From: an uncultured delta proteobacterium
GTDB taxonomy: Bacteria; Myxococcota_A; UBA9160; SMWR01
Assembly (NCBI GenBank): GCA_963832165.1
Contig: CAWHTE010000007.1
Span: 832,001 to 896,000 of the forward strand
Length of the DNA stretch: 64,000 nt
Direction of reading: 5' to 3'
A program made the translations under genes and the position numbers. The notes beneath the pieces were generated by a model, which worked only from the letters and a program-made list of their open reading frames with translations, made no database searches and had not been told where the DNA came from. The stretch's first letter is position 1. Each line of letters opens with the position of its first letter. Below, one piece after another: positions 1 to 9,611 of the stretch.

Positions 1-2
1 AC

Positions 3-185
3 GCGGTCCGGCCCGCGGAGTTCTTCCCGTCCGATCTGTCACTCGTCAACGCGCTGCGGCGTTTCCGGCGCAGCCGCCAGCACCTCGCGATCGTGCGCGA
101 CGAGGGCGGCCCCGTGATCGGCGTCCTCACGCTCGAGGACGTGCTCGAGCAGATCGTGGGCGATATCGAGGACGAGCACGACTAG
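3..185 (+). CDS. 3' end of CBS-domain HlyC/CorC (hemolysin-family) protein, partial
   Basis: Hand translation ...[38 protein letters not shown] matches the CorC/HlyC CBS-pair signature (TLEDxxExIVGDIxDExD); truncated by window edge. Confidence 0.8.
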   Translation, partial: AVRPAEFFPSDLSLVNALRRFRRSRQHLAIVRDEGGPVIGVLTLEDVLEQIVGDIEDEHD

Positions 186-191
186 GAGCGG

Positions 192-1379
192 CTAGCGGAT
201 CAGCCCCAGCTCCCGGCCCATCTGCGCGAACGCCTCGAGCGCGCGGTCGAGGTGCTCGCGCGTGTGGGTCGCGATGCACGAGGTGCGGATCATCGCGCGG
301 CCGCGCGGCACCGCGGGCGACACCACGGGGTTCACGAACACGCCGAGCTCCTGGAGCCGCATCGTCGCGCGGTAGACGTCTTCGTCCGAGCCGACCACCA
401 CCGGGATCACGGGCGAGGACGACTCTCCCGTATCGAAGCCGAGCGTGTCGAGCTCGCGCTTGAGATAGCGCGCGTTCTCCCAGAGCTGCTTGCGCCGCTC
501 GGGCTCGCGCTCGATGATGTCCAGCGACTTGCGCGCTGCCGCGACCGACGCGGGTGGAAGCGCGGCCGAGAAGATCCCGCTGCGCGCTGTGTGCCGGATG
601 TGGTTGATCACGGGGGCGCTGCCGGCCACGAAGCCGCCGACCGTGGCGAGCGACTTCGAGAACGTGCCCATCAAGAGGTCGACCTCTTCGTCGACCCCGA
701 AGTGTTCGGGCGTGCCGCGCCCGGTCTCGCCGAACACGCCGAGCCCGTGCGCGTCGTCCACCATCAGGCGCGCGCCGTGCTGGCGCGCGAGCCGCACGAT
801 CTCGGGCAGCGGCGCGACGTCGCCCTCCATCGAGAACACGCCGTCCACGACGATCAGGATCCCGGAGCCGCTCTTGATCTGATCGAGCTTGCGCGCGAGG
901 TCGCCCATGTCGTTGTGGCGGTACTTCACGGTGCGCCCGAATCCGAGCCGGCAGCCATCGATGATGCAGGCGTGATCGAGCGCATCGAGCACGGCGACAT
1001 CGCGGCGCCCGAGCAGGCTCGACAGCACGCCCAGGTTCACCTGGAAGCCCGTGGAGAAGACGAGCGCGGACTCCCGGCGCGTGAACTCCGCGAGGCGCTC
1101 CTCGAGCTCGACGTGCAGGTCGAGCGTGCCGTTGAGCAGGCGCGACCCCGCCACCCCGGTGCCGTAGACGGCGAGCGCCACGGTGGCCGCTTCCTTCACC
1201 TCGGGGTGGTTCGCGAGGCCGAGGTAGTTGTTCGACCCCAGCATCACGAGCTCGCGGTCGCCGCACAGCACGAGCGGGTCCTGGGCGGAGGAGAGCGCCC
1301 GGTAGTAGGGATACATTCCGGCGGCGCGCGTAGCGACTACGCGTGCCCCGATCTCGCTGCACTTCGCGAAGACGTCCAC
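192..1379 (-). CDS. PLP-dependent alpha-oxoamine synthase, serine palmitoyltransferase-like
   Basis: GSNNYLGL, DGVFSMEGD, DDAHG and GTFSKS (PLP lysine) motifs; N-terminal GMYPYYR; GTG start at 1379 after purine-rich SD. Confidence 0.85.
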   Translation of the reverse strand: MDVFAKCSEIGARVVATRAAGMYPYYRALSSAQDPLVLCGDRELVMLGSNNYLGLANHPEVKEAATVALAVYGTGVAGSRLLNGTLDLHVELEERLAEFTRRESALVFSTGFQVNLGVLSSLLGRRDVAVLDALDHACIIDGCRLGFGRTVKYRHNDMGDLARKLDQIKSGSGILIVVDGVFSMEGDVAPLPEIVRLARQHGARLMVDDAHGLGVFGETGRGTPEHFGVDEEVDLLMGTFSKSLATVGGFVAGSAPVINHIRHTARSGIFSAALPPASVAAARKSLDIIEREPERRKQLWENARYLKRELDTLGFDTGESSSPVIPVVVGSDEDVYRATMRLQELGVFVNPVVSPAVPRGRAMIRTSCIATHTREHLDRALEAFAQMGRELGLIR

Positions 1380-1637
1380 TCGCCCTTCCACTCGCCGCCG
1401 CCGATCCACGTTCTCGTCGGCAGTAATCGGTGGGGGGATCGCCGAGCGATGCCCCCGGAGGGTATCCACACACCACGCCGTCTCGCCAGAGGGAGTCTCG
1501 GCTGCAGCCGCTGGTCGGGTCCGGGGCGCCCAACTAGAATCGTCTCCGGTTCGACGCGTCGTTCCCCCCGGTCGCTCGAGCTCGCAGGGCGGCGCCGCCA
1601 TCGCGGTCCCGCCACCCGCCCGCATCGGGAGGAAAAC

Positions 1638-2492
1638 ATGCGCGTTCGCGGTGTCGCGCGGTGCCTCGTGCTTGCGGTGGCGGCGTGGAGTCTCGCCGGA
1701 GGACCCGCGCGTGCGAGTGACGAGGCCGATGCGGCGCGCGAGAGCGATGTCGAGGTGGTGCCGAAGGAGTTCGCGGACGAGGAGTTCGCGGACGAGGAGG
1801 GGTGGGACCCCGAAGACGATCTGCTCGACGAGTCGGCCCGGCGCGATCCCTTCGAGGGTCTCAACCGCGGCGTCTTCTCGTTCAACCGCGGCATGGATAG
1901 CTGGCTGTTCGATCCGATCACGCGCGGATACCAGTTTGCCGTGCCCGTGCCGGGCCGGCGCGCGATCTATCGCGCCTTCCAGAACCTCGATTCGCCCGTG
2001 ATCCTGGCCAATCACATGCTCCAGTTCCGCGTGGTCGACGCGGCGAGCACCACCACGCGCTTCGTGATCAACTCCTCGATCGGCGTGGCCGGGCTGTTCG
2101 ATCCAGCCGCAGATTTCTTCGAGGTCTACCGCCGCGAGGGCGACTTCGGCCAGACGCTCGCGCGCTACGGATCGCCGAGCGGGCCGTACCTGATGCTGCC
2201 GATCTTCGGGCCGAGCACCGTTCGCGACGTATTCGGCGACGTGGTCGACATCCTCGCCGACCCGGTCTCCTATCTGCTCGGCCCGGTCCGGTGGTGGACG
2301 CTCATGCTCGGCGGCGGCGAGGGACTCACCGCGCGCGAGGCCCATTTCGATGACCTCGTCGAGCTCGAGAAGGGCTCGATCGACTTCTACTCCGCGCTGC
2401 GCAGCGCGTATCTCCAGAACCGGGATGCGATGGTGCGCGAGGCGCGCAGCGCGTCGGTGACCGCAGGAATCGCGACGACCGCCGCGCACTAG
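1638..2492 (+). CDS. mlaA: VacJ/MlaA family phospholipid-transport protein
   Basis: DPFEGLNR, RFVINSSIGVAGLFDPA, DFGQTL, GPYLMLPIFGPSTVRD, Y..LRSAYLQNR; GGAGG SD and signal peptide. Confidence 0.9.
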   Translation: MRVRGVARCLVLAVAAWSLAGGPARASDEADAARESDVEVVPKEFADEEFADEEGWDPEDDLLDESARRDPFEGLNRGVFSFNRGMDSWLFDPITRGYQFAVPVPGRRAIYRAFQNLDSPVILANHMLQFRVVDAASTTTRFVINSSIGVAGLFDPAADFFEVYRREGDFGQTLARYGSPSGPYLMLPIFGPSTVRDVFGDVVDILADPVSYLLGPVRWWTLMLGGGEGLTAREAHFDDLVELEKGSIDFYSALRSAYLQNRDAMVREARSASVTAGIATTAAH

Positions 2493-3343
2493 CGCGCGCG
2501 AAGAACGGCCTCCGCGAGCTCCTCGAGCTTCGGGATCGCGTCGCGCCCGCGCGACCAGGGCAGCACGGAGACGCGGTCGACGCCCGCGTCGGCATAACGT
2601 CGCAGGACGTCGGAGTCGAGCGGACCACCGCGGTGGCCCACCGTCACCTCGAACGGTTCGCGCTCGCGACCCGCCTTCGCGCGCAGCGTGCGCAGCGTCG
2701 CGATGCACTGCTGTGCGCTCTGTGGATCGTGCGCGACGCCGTACCAGCCGTCGCCGAGCGCGGCCGCGCGTCGCAGCGCGGTGGGGCTCTCTCCGCCGAA
2801 CAGGATCGGGGGGTGTGGTTTCTGCACGGGCTTGGGCTCGAACTTCAGCGGTCCGAACTCGAAGAACCGCCCGTGGAACTCGGGCTCGGCCTGGGTCCAG
2901 AGCGCCTTCAGCACCATCACGCATTCGCGCATGCGGCTGCCGCGCGTCGCGAACTCGATGCCGACGGCTCGGAACTCCTCCTCGAGCCAGCCGACGCCGA
3001 TGCCCAGACAGAGACGCCCTTCCGAGAGCACGTCGAGGCTCATCAACATCCGCGCGGCGACGATCGGGTTGCGCAGCGGCAGCACGTAGATGTTGGTGCC
3101 GAGCCGGATGCGCGACGTGGCCGCCGCGATGTGGGTGAGCAGGAGCAGCGGATCGAGGATCGGGGTGTCGGGCGTGAACGGCGGGCGGCCGTCGTCCGAG
3201 TACGGGTAGCGGCTCTCGAGCTGCACGGGCAGCACGAGGTGCTCGGGGACCCACACCGATTCGAATCCGAGCTGCTCGGCGCGCGCCGCGACGCTGGCCA
3301 TCTGGCCGTGGCGGAGCAGGAACAGAGGGATGCCGATCTTCAC
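2489..3343 (-). CDS. LLM class (putative F420-dependent) oxidoreductase
   Basis: AEQLGFESVWVPEH, DPLLLL, GRLCLGIGVGW, PKPVQKPHPPI, DGWYG. Confidence 0.85.
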   Translation of the reverse strand: MKIGIPLFLLRHGQMASVAARAEQLGFESVWVPEHLVLPVQLESRYPYSDDGRPPFTPDTPILDPLLLLTHIAAATSRIRLGTNIYVLPLRNPIVAARMLMSLDVLSEGRLCLGIGVGWLEEEFRAVGIEFATRGSRMRECVMVLKALWTQAEPEFHGRFFEFGPLKFEPKPVQKPHPPILFGGESPTALRRAAALGDGWYGVAHDPQSAQQCIATLRTLRAKAGREREPFEVTVGHRGGPLDSDVLRRYADAGVDRVSVLPWSRGRDAIPKLEELAEAVLRAR

Positions 3344-3394
3344 GGGTCTCCGCCGGTTTACAAGCGAACGTGGGACCGGATAGCATGATCCGCC

Positions 3395-4588
3395 TTGAAG
3401 GCCAGGGAGCTACAGAACAAGGCTGCCATCGTAGGAATTGGCTGCACCGACTTCTCGCGCAACTCCGGCCGCAGCGAATACCAGCTCGCGCTCGAAGCGG
3501 CGGTGGCCGCATGCCGCGACGCGGGCATCTCGCCGCACGAGATCGACGGAATGTCGATGCCCGCCTATCAAGCCGAGACGTGCGATGAGTCGGCGCTGAT
3601 CAACGGTCTCGGGATGAAGAACCTCAGCTACGTGTCCTCGCTCGGACACGGCGGCGGGTCCGCGTGCGGCGTGGTGGGTCACGCCGCGCTCGCGGTGGCC
3701 ACGGGAATGGCGAGCACCGTGCTGTGTCTGCGCGCGCTGAACTCGCGCTCGGAGTTCCGCTACGGACAGTTCGACAAGGACCGCGGCGAGGAGGACCTCG
3801 AGTCGCCCGTGCCGTGGTTCTATGCGTTCCTGCATCCGTGGGGCTTCTTCACGCCCGCGCAGTGGGCCGCGTTCTGGGCGCGGCGCCACATGCACGAGTA
3901 CGGCACGAAGCCGGAGCATTTCGGCGCGATCGCCGTGGCGGCGCGCAAGCACGCCGCGCGCAATCCCAACGCGCGCTTCTATCAGCAGCCGATCACGATG
4001 CGCGACTATCTCGACTGCCGGATGGTCGTGGACCCGCTGCGCTTGTTCGACTGCTGTCTGGAGACCGACGGAGCCTGCGCAGTGATCGTCACGAGTGCGG
4101 AGCGCGCGCGCGATCTCGCGCAGCGGCCCGCCTACATCCGCGCAATGGCGCAGGGCACCGGCGGCGCGGGGCTGTTTCCGATCACGTCGTTCAACCGCGA
4201 GCGCCTCACGGGCATGGAAGAGACCCAGCGCATGGCGGACTTCCTGTTCGCGATGGCCGATCTGCGCCGCGAGGACATCGACGTGGCGGAGCTCTACGAC
4301 CACTTCGGCCCGCTCGTGCTCCTGAGCCTCGAGGATCTCGGCTTCTGCGCTCCCGGGGAGGGCGGGTCGTTCGTCGAGGGCGGGCGGATCGAGCTCGGCG
4401 GCGAGCTGCCGATCAACACCCACGGCGGGCTGGTCGCGGAGGCCTACATCCACGGGTTCAATCACATCGTGGAAGGCGTGCGCCAGGTGCGCGGCACCTC
4501 GACGTCGCAGGTGGAAGATGCAGAGCACGTGCTGGTGACGAGCGCCGACGGCGTTCCGACGAGCGGGCTGATCTTGAGCAGATGCTAG
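3395..4588 (+). CDS. Thiolase-fold lipid-transfer protein (Ltp2-like aldolase)
   Basis: AAIVGIGCT, DCCLETDGA, LYDHF and NTHGG..EAYIHG motifs; followed by DUF35 partner. Confidence 0.85.
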   Translation: MKARELQNKAAIVGIGCTDFSRNSGRSEYQLALEAAVAACRDAGISPHEIDGMSMPAYQAETCDESALINGLGMKNLSYVSSLGHGGGSACGVVGHAALAVATGMASTVLCLRALNSRSEFRYGQFDKDRGEEDLESPVPWFYAFLHPWGFFTPAQWAAFWARRHMHEYGTKPEHFGAIAVAARKHAARNPNARFYQQPITMRDYLDCRMVVDPLRLFDCCLETDGACAVIVTSAERARDLAQRPAYIRAMAQGTGGAGLFPITSFNRERLTGMEETQRMADFLFAMADLRREDIDVAELYDHFGPLVLLSLEDLGFCAPGEGGSFVEGGRIELGGELPINTHGGLVAEAYIHGFNHIVEGVRQVRGTSTSQVEDAEHVLVTSADGVPTSGLILSRC

Positions 4589-4595
4589 GTGGAGC

Positions 4596-5012
4596 ATGAA
4601 CAAGCAGGTGCGCAGACCGGTACCCGCACTCGAGCGCGACACGAAGGGCTTCTGGGAGTCGCTCCGCCAGCACCAGCTCGTGATCCAGCGCTGCCTCGAG
4701 TGCCGCACCTATCGCCATCACCCGCGGCCGATGTGCCCCGAGTGCCACTCGCTCGAGTTCGAGTGGGCGCCGATGTCCGGGCGCGGCACGGTCTACACGT
4801 ACGCGCTCGTGAACCATCCGCTGCACCCGTTCTGGGCCGGGAAGACTCCCTACAACGTCGTGCTCATCGAGCTCGAAGAGGGCGTGCGGATCGTCTCGAG
4901 TCTCGTCGACTGCCCCAATGATCTGGTCCGAATCGGCATGCCCGTGACGGTCGTCTGGGAGGACGTCTCGGAGGAGATCAGCCTGCCGATGTTTCGCCCC
5001 GTCACCGCCTGA
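4596..5012 (+). CDS. DUF35 Zn-ribbon/OB-fold acyl-CoA-binding protein
   Basis: CxxC...CPxC ribbon, SGRGTVYTY, LEEGVRIVS, IGMPV. Confidence 0.9.
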   Translation: MNKQVRRPVPALERDTKGFWESLRQHQLVIQRCLECRTYRHHPRPMCPECHSLEFEWAPMSGRGTVYTYALVNHPLHPFWAGKTPYNVVLIELEEGVRIVSSLVDCPNDLVRIGMPVTVVWEDVSEEISLPMFRPVTA

Positions 5013-7243
5013 TGCCGCTCCAGGGTGTACGCGTCGTCGTGCTCGGCGGCGGCGTACCGTGCGCGTTCGCCGCGAAGTGGCTCGCCGCGCTCGGGGCGCA
5101 GGTGGTGTCGCCGCGCGCGAGCAGCGCGCGCAGGGATCTGCCCGATCTGCTGGCGCGTGCAGACGTCGTGATCGATGGAACGGCGTGGAGCGCAGAGAGC
5201 TGGGGGTTGAACCTCGAGTTCTCCGACCTGCCCGTGGTCCGCGTGACACCGTTTGGCGTCGGTGGTCCGTACACCGGGATGCCTTTCACGCCGCTGACGC
5301 TCGCCGCGCTGTCGGGGCTCATGTGGCACGTCGGCGACGCGGACCGGCCCCCGCTCGTGCAGTGGGGCGACCAGGTGGAGCAGCTCGCGGGTCTGCACGC
5401 CTTCGCGGCCGCGCTCGCCGTGCTCTGGGCGGGCGGATCCACCGCGCTCGAGGTCGCCGCGCTCGAGGTGGCCGCGGCGCTCTTGGGACATCACACGGGT
5501 CGCCATTCCCAAGTCCCCCTCGACCTGCCGCGCCAGCCCGCGCGCTCGCTGTGGCGCCTGTACCAGACCGCGGACGGGTGGGCGGGCCTCTCGTGCACGC
5601 CGAGAGATCAGCCGCGAGTGGCAGAGGTGATGGGCCTGCCCGAGATCGCTGCAGCGCTGCCGTTCATGGGCCGCAACGAGCGCGACGAGGCGGTGCTCCG
5701 GCCGCTGCTCGACGCGTGGTTCCGCGCGCGCACCTCGGCCGAGGTCGAAGCGCTCGGCCGCGCGCAGAGCGTTCCGCTATGCGCGGTGCGAAACGTGAGC
5801 GAGGTAGCGTCGGCGCCGCAGCTCGTGCACCGCGGGTTCTTCACGCGTGGCGAAGACGGGGCGCTGCGGCCCGGCCAGCTCTGGCACAGCGATGCACACG
5901 GCTGGGTGACTGCGCCCGAGCCCGGCTCCGACGTGCGCGCGTGGCGCGATGCGCCGCTGCGGCGGCCCGCGCCGCGAGGATCTCCGGCGCGACTCCCGCT
6001 CGAGGGCGTGCGCGTGCTCGACCTCGGTCAGGTGTGGGCTGGGCCGTACGCCGCGATGCTGCTCGGCGATCAGGGCGCCGATGTGATCAAGATCGAATCG
6101 CCGAGCCGCTGGGATCCGAACCGCTGTGCCGTGGCGCCCGGGCCCGGCCGCGAGAAGGAGTGGTGGAACACCGGCGCGTACTTCACCGAGTACAACCGCA
6201 ACAAGCGCGCACTCGGGCTCGAGATCGCACGACCGCGCGGGCGGGAGGTGCTCGCGCGGCTCGTGCGCGGCGCGGACGTCGTGATCGAGAACTTCCGCGC
6301 GGGCGTGCTCGACCGCCTCGGGATCGGATACGGCTGGCTGCGTGCGCAGCGCGACGACGTGATCCTCGTGAGCATGGCGGCATTCGGCCAGACCGGCCCC
6401 GACTGCGAGCGTCCCGGCTACGGCCCCGTGATGGAGGAGCTCTCCGGGCTCGCGAGTCTCACGGGTTGGGGTGACGGACGTCCGCAGCTCGCGATCGGTT
6501 ATGCGTACGGCGACCCGGTCGCCGCGGCGGCGGCGGCCGCTGCGTCGCTCGCCGCGCTCCTGTACCGGCGGCGCACCGGGCGCGGCCAGCACGTCGACCT
6601 CGCCCAGTTCGAGGTGCTGGTGGCGATGATCGGCGAAGCGTTCGCCGAATGGAGCCGCACCGGAGTAGAGCCGCCCCAGCAGGGGAACCGCAGCCCGGGA
6701 TGTGCGCCGCACGGCGTGTATCCGTGCGAGGGCGTCGACGAGTGGGTGGCGATCGCGGTCGAGAACGACGTGCATTGGCGCGGATTGCGCAGCGCGATGG
6801 GTGAGCCGGAATGGTCGCGAGACGCCGGTTTCGACACGGCGCGCGGACGCTGCGCGGACTCCGATCTGCTCGACGAACGGATCTCGGCCTGGACGCGCGC
6901 GCGGCGCAAGGCCGAGGTCTTCGAACGCTGCATCGCCGTTGGGGTTCCTGCCGCACCCGTGCATCGCAGCGGCGAGCTGCTCGAGAACGCGCAGCTCTCG
7001 TCGCGCTCGTTCTACGAGCGGGTGGTGCATCCGGCGGGTGGCGAGTGGCGCATGCACGGCTGGGAGTGGCGGCCCGCAGGCGCCGGGCGCTGCGTGCGCG
7101 GGCTCGCGCCGGATTTCGGGTCGGGCAACCAGGAGATCCTGCGCGAGGTGGGATACTCGGACGAAGAGATCTCGGCGCTCGCAGCCGAAGGAGTCATCGG
7201 CTCCACACCCATCGGTGTTCCGCGGCTTCCCGGCAGCTCGTAG
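5012..7243 (+). CDS. Family III CoA transferase (CaiB/BaiF), tandem two-domain
   Basis: PLQGVRVV and PLEGVRVLDL..WAGP..LGDQGADVIKIE, NRNKR, ADVVIENFR; TGATG coupling to DUF35. Confidence 0.9.
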   Translation: MPLQGVRVVVLGGGVPCAFAAKWLAALGAQVVSPRASSARRDLPDLLARADVVIDGTAWSAESWGLNLEFSDLPVVRVTPFGVGGPYTGMPFTPLTLAALSGLMWHVGDADRPPLVQWGDQVEQLAGLHAFAAALAVLWAGGSTALEVAALEVAAALLGHHTGRHSQVPLDLPRQPARSLWRLYQTADGWAGLSCTPRDQPRVAEVMGLPEIAAALPFMGRNERDEAVLRPLLDAWFRARTSAEVEALGRAQSVPLCAVRNVSEVASAPQLVHRGFFTRGEDGALRPGQLWHSDAHGWVTAPEPGSDVRAWRDAPLRRPAPRGSPARLPLEGVRVLDLGQVWAGPYAAMLLGDQGADVIKIESPSRWDPNRCAVAPGPGREKEWWNTGAYFTEYNRNKRALGLEIARPRGREVLARLVRGADVVIENFRAGVLDRLGIGYGWLRAQRDDVILVSMAAFGQTGPDCERPGYGPVMEELSGLASLTGWGDGRPQLAIGYAYGDPVAAAAAAAASLAALLYRRRTGRGQHVDLAQFEVLVAMIGEAFAEWSRTGVEPPQQGNRSPGCAPHGVYPCEGVDEWVAIAVENDVHWRGLRSAMGEPEWSRDAGFDTARGRCADSDLLDERISAWTRARRKAEVFERCIAVGVPAAPVHRSGELLENAQLSSRSFYERVVHPAGGEWRMHGWEWRPAGAGRCVRGLAPDFGSGNQEILREVGYSDEEISALAAEGVIGSTPIGVPRLPGSS

Positions 7244-7323
7244 GGCGGGAGAGCGAAGCGATCCCGCCATCAGGCAACGGGCTGCTGGATGGCGGGATCC
7301 GCCTTTGGCTTCTCCCGCCCTAC
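7240..7323. repeat. REP doublet (two inverted GTAG-type REP palindromes)
   Basis: GTAGGGCGGGAGAGCGAAGCGATCCCGCCAT at 7240-7270 and inverted GTAGGGCGGGAGAAGCCAAAGGCGGATCCCGCCAT at 7323-7289; related copies at 39519 and 59610-59680. Confidence 0.85.
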
Positions 7324-7946
7324 TTCCACACCGTGCAGATCTCTTCGGCGGTCGACAGGTAGGCGAGGTTGCGCAGCGTGTACTGCAGCGCATCGCGCGC
7401 ATAGGAGGGCGGAGCCCCCGCGACGCAATCGCCTGGGATCACGACGGTGTAGCCGCGGTTGACGGCTTCGATCGCGGCTCCCGTGATCGCGATGTTGATC
7501 GACACGCCCGCGAGCACGACCGTCCTGACTCCGGCGCTGCGCAATCGCCCGTCGAGACCCGTCTCGTGGAACGCCGTCAGGCCGTGATCGCGCACGGCCA
7601 CGATGTCTTGCGGCTCGGGTCCGAGCTCGGGGACGACCGCGGCGCCCGCGGCGCTGCGCGACGGGTCCGCGCCGCCGCTGCGAGCGAGCGTGCGTGCACC
7701 GAGCGGCGTGTTCGCGAGCGGACCCGGGCCGTCTGCGCTGAGTGCGACCGTGCAGTGATAGACGCGCACACCCGCCTTGCGCGCGCGAGACAGGAAGCTC
7801 CGCAGCGTCGGGAGCATCTCGCCGTCGCGGACCACGCGTGCGAGGTCGCCGACCAGCGATTGGTCGCCGAGCACGCTCTGCTGGCACTCGATCACGAGCA
7901 CCGCGGTGTGAGCCGGCTCCAGGAGCGCGCGCCAGTCGACCGGCAT
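7320..7946 (-). CDS. Isochorismatase-family cysteine hydrolase-like protein
   Basis: TAVLVIECQ, TGLDGRLRSAGVRTVVLAGVSINIAI, AVNRGY, DCVAG; canonical Asp/Lys/Cys triad appears altered. Confidence 0.8.
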   Translation of the reverse strand: MPVDWRALLEPAHTAVLVIECQQSVLGDQSLVGDLARVVRDGEMLPTLRSFLSRARKAGVRVYHCTVALSADGPGPLANTPLGARTLARSGGADPSRSAAGAAVVPELGPEPQDIVAVRDHGLTAFHETGLDGRLRSAGVRTVVLAGVSINIAITGAAIEAVNRGYTVVIPGDCVAGAPPSYARDALQYTLRNLAYLSTAEEICTVWK

Positions 7947-7958
7947 CGAGACTCGGGC

Positions 7959-8609
7959 TCAGCTCTCTCCGCCCGCCGCGAGCTTCGCGATCTTCGCGTC
8001 GAGCGCGACGAGCAGCGCGTCGATGTTCTGGCGCTTCACGATCGAGACGAACTCGGAGCGCCGCAGTGCGAGCTCGCTCACGGTGCCGTCGAGGTAGACG
8101 TCGATCACCTTCCAGCTGCCGCCGGTCTGGTGCATGCGGTAGTTCAGATCGATGTTCTTGTCGGTGGGATCGATCAGCTGGCTCTTGACGATCATGGTGT
8201 CGCGCGGGCCCTTCACTTCACCGAGCGTCTTGAACGACTGGCCCGAATAGCCGTCGAAGCGGCCCGCGTAGTTCGCGACCATGAACCGCTCGAACGTGGC
8301 GAGGTAGCGCTGCCGCGCGTCCTCGCTCGCGGCCTTCCACTGCGCCTCGCCGAGCGACTTGCGCGCCATCTCGGGGACGTCGAAGTAGGTGGGGATCACG
8401 GTGCGGAGCTTCTGCTCGCGCCCCGCATAACCGAGCGCGACCGCGTTCTTCATCACGTCGAGCAGGCCCGCGTGCAGACCATCGATCGCCGCGCTGGGCG
8501 CCGTCTCCGCGTCGGTGCGCGCCGCGGGATCGCCCAGTGCGGGTTGCGCGAGGAACGCCGTGAGCAGAACGAGCGCGAGGCGCGAGAGCGCGCGCGGGGA
8601 TTGGTGCAT
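7959..8609 (-). CDS. MlaC/HpnM (Ttg2D) family periplasmic lipid-binding protein
   Basis: Signal peptide; FDVPEMARKSLG, YAGRFDGYSG, WKVIDVYLDGTVSELALRRSEF. Confidence 0.85.
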   Translation of the reverse strand: MHQSPRALSRLALVLLTAFLAQPALGDPAARTDAETAPSAAIDGLHAGLLDVMKNAVALGYAGREQKLRTVIPTYFDVPEMARKSLGEAQWKAASEDARQRYLATFERFMVANYAGRFDGYSGQSFKTLGEVKGPRDTMIVKSQLIDPTDKNIDLNYRMHQTGGSWKVIDVYLDGTVSELALRRSEFVSIVKRQNIDALLVALDAKIAKLAAGGES

Positions 8610-8701
8610 GTGGGCGGACCTCGAACCAGGCGGGGGAGGGGATCGGAAGAAGAACGGGTTTCAATGTAGCGAACCCGCTCTATTGGGAGGTGACGCGCGT
8701 C

Positions 8702-9568
8702 TCAATCGCTGAGCACGAAGCTCGCCACTGCATCGTTGAAGCCGCTCGGGTTGTCCGTCATCACCGAGTGTCCCGCCTGTGGGACGACTGCGAGGCGACC
8801 CTGCTTCAGCACCTCGTCCACCATGCGATCGGCGATCTCGGGCGAGAGGATGTCCGAGGCCGCGCCGCGCACCACGAGCGCAGGGCACGGCAGCGCCGCG
8901 AGCGCGTCCCACATGCGCTGCTGCAGCGAGCGCTCCTGTTGCTCCGCGTCGGGAGCTTCTGCGCGCCCCGCGGTGATGCCGCGCAGCGCGGGATCCATGG
9001 CGAGCTCGAACTTTCCGTCGCTGCGCCGGCGCAACCCGTGCACCGCCATCCGACGCAGCGACTCCGGCGTGGCCGCGGGATAGGCCAGCGAGAGAGCGCG
9101 CGCGTACTCCTCGACGCTGTCGAACGTCGGCTTCATGTTCATCTCGACGTCCTGGCGGATGCGAATGCTGCCGCGCGCATCGACCTCGGGCCCGATGTCG
9201 ACGATCACGAGCCCCGCGACGCGCTCGGGGTGCCGGCCCGCGAACAGCGTGGCGACGCGCCCGCCGAGCGAATGCGCGACCAACACCACGCGCTCGATGC
9301 CGAGCGCCGCGGTCACTGCCTCCACGTCGTCGACGAGCGAGTCGATGTCGTAGCGACCCTGCGGATCCCAGTCCGATTGGCCGTGCCCGCGGTGATCGAG
9401 CGCGAGCGTGCGGTAGTAGGGCGCGACGATCGGTGCGAAGTCGTCCCAGATGTGCGCTTCGTTTCCGAAGCCGTGCAGGAGCAGCATCGGCACGCCTTCG
9501 GTGCTCCATTCGAGCAGGTGCAACTCGGCGCCGTGGGCGCCCTTCACGCGAAGATCTCTGGGTTGCAT
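8702..9568 (-). CDS. Alpha/beta fold hydrolase
   Basis: LLHGFG, DHRGHGQS, AHSLGG nucleophile elbow, AGHSV. Confidence 0.9.
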   Translation of the reverse strand: MQPRDLRVKGAHGAELHLLEWSTEGVPMLLLHGFGNEAHIWDDFAPIVAPYYRTLALDHRGHGQSDWDPQGRYDIDSLVDDVEAVTAALGIERVVLVAHSLGGRVATLFAGRHPERVAGLVIVDIGPEVDARGSIRIRQDVEMNMKPTFDSVEEYARALSLAYPAATPESLRRMAVHGLRRRSDGKFELAMDPALRGITAGRAEAPDAEQQERSLQQRMWDALAALPCPALVVRGAASDILSPEIADRMVDEVLKQGRLAVVPQAGHSVMTDNPSGFNDAVASFVLSD

Positions 9569-9611
9569 GCGCCCATCATACACCGAGGGTTCGCGGTGCT
9601 ACGTTGGTTGC

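Noticed and set aside
1766..1800. Tandem 15-bp repeat in mlaA (EFADE twice)
   Set aside because: Simple in-frame duplication in an acidic low-complexity linker
192..3512. 1106-aa minus-strand ORF as one giant protein
   Set aside because: Only the last ~395 aa are the AOS enzyme; the rest is stop-free shadow of mlaA and the LLM gene in GC-rich DNA
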